Positions 57,901 to 64,000 of a DNA stretch of 64,000 nt are shown piece by piece. Each line of letters starts with the position of its first letter. Position 1 is the first letter of the stretch. The notes below the pieces were generated by a model. It worked only from the letters and a program-made list of their open reading frames with translations, was not told the origin of the DNA and searched no databases. The DNA lies in the NCBI GenBank assembly GCA_905178155.1, contig CAJINV010000011.1:1447216-1511215 (forward strand), given 5' to 3'. The stretch comes from Amoebophrya sp. A120 (lineage: Eukaryota > Protista > Dinoflagellata). The translations under genes were made by a program, and so were the position numbers.

Positions 57901-60900
57901 CACAAACAGCAAGAACAGCCTCGCAGCTGGCGGTGGCGCGGAGGGGTCGCAAACCCCAAAAGGAGCTGCCTCCAAAGAGGACAAAAACAAGCCGCTCCCA
58001 CGGAACAGCATGCAGGCGCGGATCATGGAGCTGGCGCACCCCGTGCTGGACGAAGAGGCGCTCACCAGTTTAACGAAAGACGAGCTGCAAGAAAAAGTCC
58101 GCAAGATGCACCGGGAAAGACAACTATTGGTCGACAAGTTTCGGAGAATCCAAGCTGCTGACCGGACGCGAAGCAAAATCAGCATTGCACCCTTGACGCC
58201 CGTGTTGGAGCAGACGAATGATGTTGACCAGAAGATGAATCTCACACCAAATCTCAACACCTCCGGCATTGCTGCAGCCTCTAGTAGCCAGCTCGTGACG
58301 GAATTGCAAGCGAGAATCGCCGAGCTGGAGCAAATCGTCGCGAAGAATCGGGCGGATTTGAGCAAAAAAGACCAGGAATTTGAGAAAAAGCTGCAAGAGG
58401 CAACGGGGAACTTAAACGCCAAGATTCGTCAATTGGAGCAAGAAAACCAAACTGCTTCCAACGGCTACCAACAAGTAAAAGAGGAAAGGGACGCGTTGCA
58501 TCAGAAATTGACCAACACAGAGAAGCACATGCAGGAGCTGAAGGAGTCGAACAAAAAAAGCCGCGAAGAATCGCACAAACTCCTGACCGAAGCGTTTGAA
58601 CAGCAGCAAACCTTGCGGGAATCCTTTGCTACCGCGAAAGCGGAACTCCAGCTGGAAAAGAACCGCTCTGCGGTTTGGAAGGGCGATTACGACATCGCGA
58701 ACGCGAATCTGCAGCGGAAAATCTCGGAGCAGCAGATGAGCGAGGCGAACGTCGGGGAGCAGTTGTTGCGCTTGGACAAAATCGAGGCGGAAAACAAGGA
58801 GCTGCTGGACCAGGGCCAGAAACTCGCGTTTATCATCTGCCACTTGGTCAGAAGCAGCTCGACGCGACTGCGGAGCATGTTTCAGAACTATCATGGTACA
58901 ACTACAGGGACGATGAATGCTGGAGCTGCTGGGGGCCCCGCGTCATCGTCCAACCTGAATCTCGAGCAGCATAGAGTAGACGCTTTGCTAGCACGGGAAA
59001 TGTCCGCAGCGGGTGGTGACAACTCTGGAATCATGGATTTCGACGGAGTTCCGCTCGCCGCGACGCCAAGCGATCCGGCGACGCCGAGGTTGTTAGACCC
59101 GGCGCTGATGGAGGGAGCTTCGCCGGAAAGTCTGCTCGGCCGGTCTCCTGGAGAGGATAGCGAAATGGACGCTGCCAATGCGAACATGTTCTCCATTCTT
59201 AGGGATAACTACAACCGGAATCAAAATGCGGACGGCAACATGCCGGAAGACAGCGGGTCGTGGAGTATCCCGAACGAGTTGAAGAAAAGTATTCAAGAGA
59301 TCCTCAGGTTGGACATTCTTCCACGACAGGAGGAGCAGCAACAAACGACAACGACCACGACAATTCAACAAACGACGACATCTTCGACATACTATGAGCA
59401 GCAACAAAGCAGTACTAGAAATGGAATCCCCTCCAGCGACAAGGTGCAGTCCATCGCACTCTTAGCGGACTATCTGAAGCAGATCCAGGGTCTGAAGGAT
59501 AACCTAGAGAAAACCACCACCGAGCTTTCCGATAAAACCCATGAAAACGAGCGGTTGGGCAAGTCGTTCGGCGAGGCCAGGCAGCATTTGACAAAGCTCC
59601 TCGGGGATCACAAGCACACGAAGCAGCAGCACGAAAGTCTGAAGGAAAAGGTATGTGAGTGTTGTAACAACTGAAGCGACTTCGAGGTTCTTTCGTTATC
59701 GTTCTTGAAACCATCCATACATATTTCGCAGAAGTGTCCTCAGTGGTCTCCTGTCTCACAACTTCTTTTGCATCATGATGCACTTCGACGTCTTACAGGG
59801 AAATTCCGATAATATGTTTGTAGTCGTGTAAATCAAAATCAACACCTACCAGGTCGAGCTCCTCCGTACGGAACTGATCAAGTGGAAGTCCAATGCTAGC
59901 CAAAACCAAGATTTAGTTGATGTCTACGTGAAGCAAATCGAGGTCTGGCGCCACGAACTCCACCGCCTGCAGTCGCAACTCGCCATCGGTTCTGACCAGT
60001 GGCGCCCGACCCCCAGTCAGCAGATGAGCAAGATTTTGAACCCGAACAAGCACCAGCAACCCGTATCCGCGGCCAACGCTGCGGATTCGGTGGCTTTGTT
60101 CCTGGAGCGATACGATAGCGAGATCGCCGACAATTTGAAGTTAGTCGCGGAACTCCGGGCGCAGCTGCAGACTCTGACGTACGAGTCGAAAGTGTCGATT
60201 GAGAAGCTGAAAGCCACGAAAGACGAGCTGTTAGAGCACAACAACGAATTGGAAGAGCAGAAGCTCATCGCAGAAACGAAAGCGACGCAAATGGAAGAAG
60301 AAGTCGCCGACTTGCGCGACCGGGCGGAATTAGCAGAAAAAAGCTTCGGCGAAGTGGAAGCACAGAGACAGGAGCTGGAACGCCAGCTGTTTTTGGGAGG
60401 AAATGCTGGAGGGGGTGGAGCTGTGGTCGCAAGTTCATCTTTGAGCAAGCATAGTAATTTCGGCCAGACGACGGCGTTCGAGCAGGAAGTTGCCGGGCTG
60501 CAGCAAGGTACTTATAAATGGTTTGTTTCCTACTTATATCCTGTTTTTCTTTTTGAATTTGCCTTGTCGTGCCGACCAGTTTAGTTGTGCCACCATGACG
60601 GAGGATCATGTGTATTCCCGTTCTGATTCTTGTTTGAATTTGATTTCGCTGGTTAAACATCACATCACGATCATCCCTACCTACAGGCGGTTCCCAGTAC
60701 TTGACCTCCCGACAGCACGACGAGGTGATTGCCAAAGCCTTCAAAGCGCTGCGGCAGAAAGACGCCGAGATCGAAAATCTTCTAACCCAAGTGAGCAAAA
60801 CCCAGCTGGAAGCGGCGCAGTTCAAGGCCGACTACCAGTTGATCCAAACAAAAAACGATAAACTCACTTCCGAGAAGAAAGAGCTGGAATCCGAAAATTT

Positions 60901-63900
60901 ACACTTACTCCGTCCGAAGGTAGAAACCCTTGACCAAAAAGTGGTGCAGAAACAGGCGGAAATTCTCTCTTTGCGGAACGAGATGACGAGCACGCAGGAG
61001 AAGATCCGGTCGTTGCAAATGGAAGTAACGAGATTTCAGAGGCAAGAACTGGAGAGGGATGAGGAGTTGCAGAAGCACAAGAAAAAAGCGAATAAAGAAG
61101 TGATTGAAAAAGAAGAGCAGATCACTTTGCTCCAAGCAGAATTGCAAAACACGGAGGATAAGTGGAGAAAAGAGCTTTCCCTCCAGGCCAAGCAGATGGA
61201 GAATAAGGAAGATTTGATGCAACTCTACCGCCGCACGCAGGAGGAGCAGATTCAGCAGGACCAGAAGCGGAAAAGAGAGATTTCCGAACTGCAGGCACAG
61301 AAAATCGAAATCGAAAAAAAAGTGGACGCAGAAAAGGCGGTGAACGAAAGGTTTCGGGCGCATTTGGAATCGGTGGAAAAGGAGTTGGCGAAAGTGAAGG
61401 AGCAAGCCGCAACTGCTGCTAGCAGAGGTGGGAAGTCGCCAACTACAGGGAAACAAATTCATCTTGCTGGGCACAATAAAAAACACACTCCCCTTGATGA
61501 TGCCGAGGTGGAAAAAGAGTTGAATCAGCTGAAGGAGGAGAAAAAGAAGCTGAAAACGAATTTGGAAGAGGCAAATACGCAGAGACGGCTTCTACAGCAA
61601 GACTACGAAACTTTGCAGAAAAAGCTGAAGGATTCAGAGAAGCAGTGCGGAGATGTGGAGGTGATGCGCCAGGTCTTTGCGGAAAAAGCCGTGAAGCTGG
61701 AAAAGGATCTGCAAGAGAAGGAAAAAGAGCACCAGCAGTTCTTGAAATTGCAACAGGAGAAGGACGCGAAAATCGCGCTGTTGCAACAGCAACACGCTAG
61801 TAGTACCGCTGCAGCGAATTATGCGAAGGGTAGTACCAAAGGCGGAGCTGCGAGCAAGGGCGCAGCAGCTTCTTCTTCCTCCTCGTCTACCGCTGCAGCT
61901 AGAAGCAGTACGACCAAAGGTGGTGGAGCCGCAGCAGGCAAACCAGGAGGAGGTCAGCATGTACTTCAACAGGCCGCTGCTGCGCAACAGAAAGTTGGTG
62001 CTCGTGCAGATGATGAAGATGAACCAGTTCCGCAGGGCGACTCCGCGGATATCATCATCGAAAAGAACAGGAAGATCACGGCGTTGGAGAAACAAGTGAA
62101 GGAAGCGCAGGACCAACTGAAAGTGTTGAAACACCGCGACCAGAAGGCGAACAAGGTGCAAAACGAGCTGGCCGCAGACAAGGCGTTGTTGGAAGAGCAA
62201 AGGAACGCATTGGAGAAGCGCTTGCAGCAATCGCTTCAGGAATTGAAGAAGGAAGCGGAGAGGAGGACGAACACCAGTGATCTTGGTGGGACGAGTGGTG
62301 CTCCTGCTTCAAGTTCCGCGTCCTCGGCTGCTGTCCTACTTCCAGGTGATTCATCTAATGCTGGGCAAGCAGCTCCACTTGCATCTTCCGCTCATCTCTC
62401 CTCTGCGTTATCCACAGAAGAGAAAGAAGACGCTTTGAATGAAGAACTTCTCCAGAAAGACGTGCAAGTCAAATCGCTCCAGCGCCAGTTGCAGCTCAAA
62501 AGGGTCGAAAACGACGAGCTCCGACTCCGATTTCGGAAAAAGCGCGACGCCGCGCACACTGCCGCAAGGCTCGACGGGTTGCTTGCTGCGGAGAATAACA
62601 CGGTGGAACAGGATAAGGACAACACTGCTGGTGGTTCTTCCTCTTCTTTCGCCGGCGGTGTGATCTCCCCTTCGAGTGGAAATCAGGCACAGCAACAAGC
62701 GAATATCGCACTACAAAATCAGAACCAGATCGCGTCTGCCACGACGGAACTGCGGCAAGCGATTGAGACGGAGTATCGGCAGGAGCTGGAGCTTTACAAG
62801 TCTGAGACGCAGAGCAAAATCGAGAAATTCCAAAAAGCCACGCAGGAGGGGAAGAAACACTCGACGGAGCTCACGAAAAAATTGGAATCCGAGTTGACCC
62901 GCCAGCAGGAGGAGGTGAAGGCGCAATTAGCGAAATCGGCGGAATTGGAGGAGGAAGTGGAACGACGGAAGGAAAAGTACCGGAAACTGCAGGAGGAATT
63001 GACGCAAACGCAAAGGGACGCGGAAGAACGGGTGCAACAGAAGTTGGCGGCGCAACACAGTGCTGAAGTGGAGCAACTGAAGGCGGAATTGGAAAGTATG
63101 AAGGGGAAACTGGCGGTTGCTGCACGTGTATCAGGACAACCCAGAAAAAGTTCTTCAGGTTCGGTTCATGCCGTTGATGTCGAAGGAGAAAAAGATCTCG
63201 CGGTTGTTGAAAAAGCGCAAACTCATTTTTCCGAGTCCAAAGAAGGTGATGAAGATGCTGTGGTCGCTGAAGTGGAAGAGGGGGAAGTCGCAGCACCTCC
63301 GGACGCAGCTCCCGATGAAGTTGCGATGGATGTGGACGCTGAAGTAGAGCAGCAACTACAGGAACAACCAAGAAACGAGGAGCAAGTTGTCGATGTCGCA
63401 GCTCAGGAGGGAGAAGTCGCTGCTGGCGCTGAAGCTGTTGCAGTACCAGAGATGGACGGTGAGCAGCAGGAACAGATTCTTGTTGGCACCGTTAACGAAC
63501 AGGAGTTGGATGACCCCGAAGAAGTAGACGCCGACAATATGGAAGTCGAAGTAGATGTTGTCGAAAGTAATCAGCACCTCCAAGTTCAAACAAGCACCGT
63601 CGCGGCCCGGGCTGGTGGTATTGAAGATAGTCACGATGCGGAATCCACGGCCAGGAAGACAACCCAAGTTTTTGCGCCAGACGAGGAAGCGTTGCTCGGC
63701 GGGGATGTCGAAGAGGAAGAGCAGCAAGGGAACGATGAGTTAGCGCCGCGACATGCTTCAGCTCAACAGCCGCGACAAACCGACCTCGCTGCGGCGATAA
63801 ATCTCCAAGACCAACAGGGCCTGCAGGAGCTGGTCGCAGCTCAGGTAGAAGGAGCTGCTGGTGTTGAAAAGCAAGAAGCAGAAACGTCAGCGGCCCCTCC

Positions 63901-64000
63901 TCCTCCTGCCGCCACGACCCAAGAATACGAAGTTGCAGCAACGCTCGAGATTCCACAAGTAGATCTTCCGTACGCAGAAGCCGAAAACAATGTCGAGGTA
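54980..64000 (+). CDS. Very large coiled-coil protein with acidic and low-complexity regions (3' end outside window)
   Basis: Exons 54980..55399, 55667..56072, 56346..59650, 59853..60507, 60687..>64000; three GT-AG introns in phase; E/K/Q-rich heptads. Confidence 0.82.
55400..55661. mobile_element. Introner/MITE-like non-canonical intron, family B
   Basis: TSD CGCAT; TATCAAATGTAAAAATGTCTGGGTCTG / CAGACCCAGACATTTTTACATTTGATA; removal gives LAAH|FLSP. Confidence 0.93.

Overview
Eukaryotic, gene-dense, intron-containing DNA. It best fits the parasitic dinoflagellate relative Amoebophrya (Syndiniales); this is inferred from the non-canonical inverted-repeat introns, the unidirectional genes and the Ser/Gly/Ala-rich insertions, not from a database match. 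All credible genes are on the + strand: an HflX/GTPBP6 GTPase, a Tubby-domain protein, an EF-hand protein, a FAM133-like protein, a PGPGxY (SHIPPO-type) coiled-coil protein, a CDK9/12/13-like kinase, an Arg/Ser-rich protein, a family-16 methyltransferase, an ankyrin-repeat protein and a giant coiled-coil protein running off the right end. The dominant non-coding signal is 17 MITE-like elements of 115-306 bp with one grammar: 5-bp target duplication, TAY, inverted repeats, ATA, 5-bp duplication. Sixteen interrupt reading frames, and removing the element plus one duplicate restores the frame; one lies outside any recognisable gene. One family is an intron in both orientations. Unrelated families share an internal TTTGT[ACG]ATGC motif. 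All three duplication mismatches are synonymous. Separately, three loci carry 41-56 bp direct repeats separated by unique 0.7-2.7 kb inserts (one with four repeat copies inside a gene); these could be recurrent site-specific insertions or gap-filling artefacts. All gene models were spliced by hand, without expression data.
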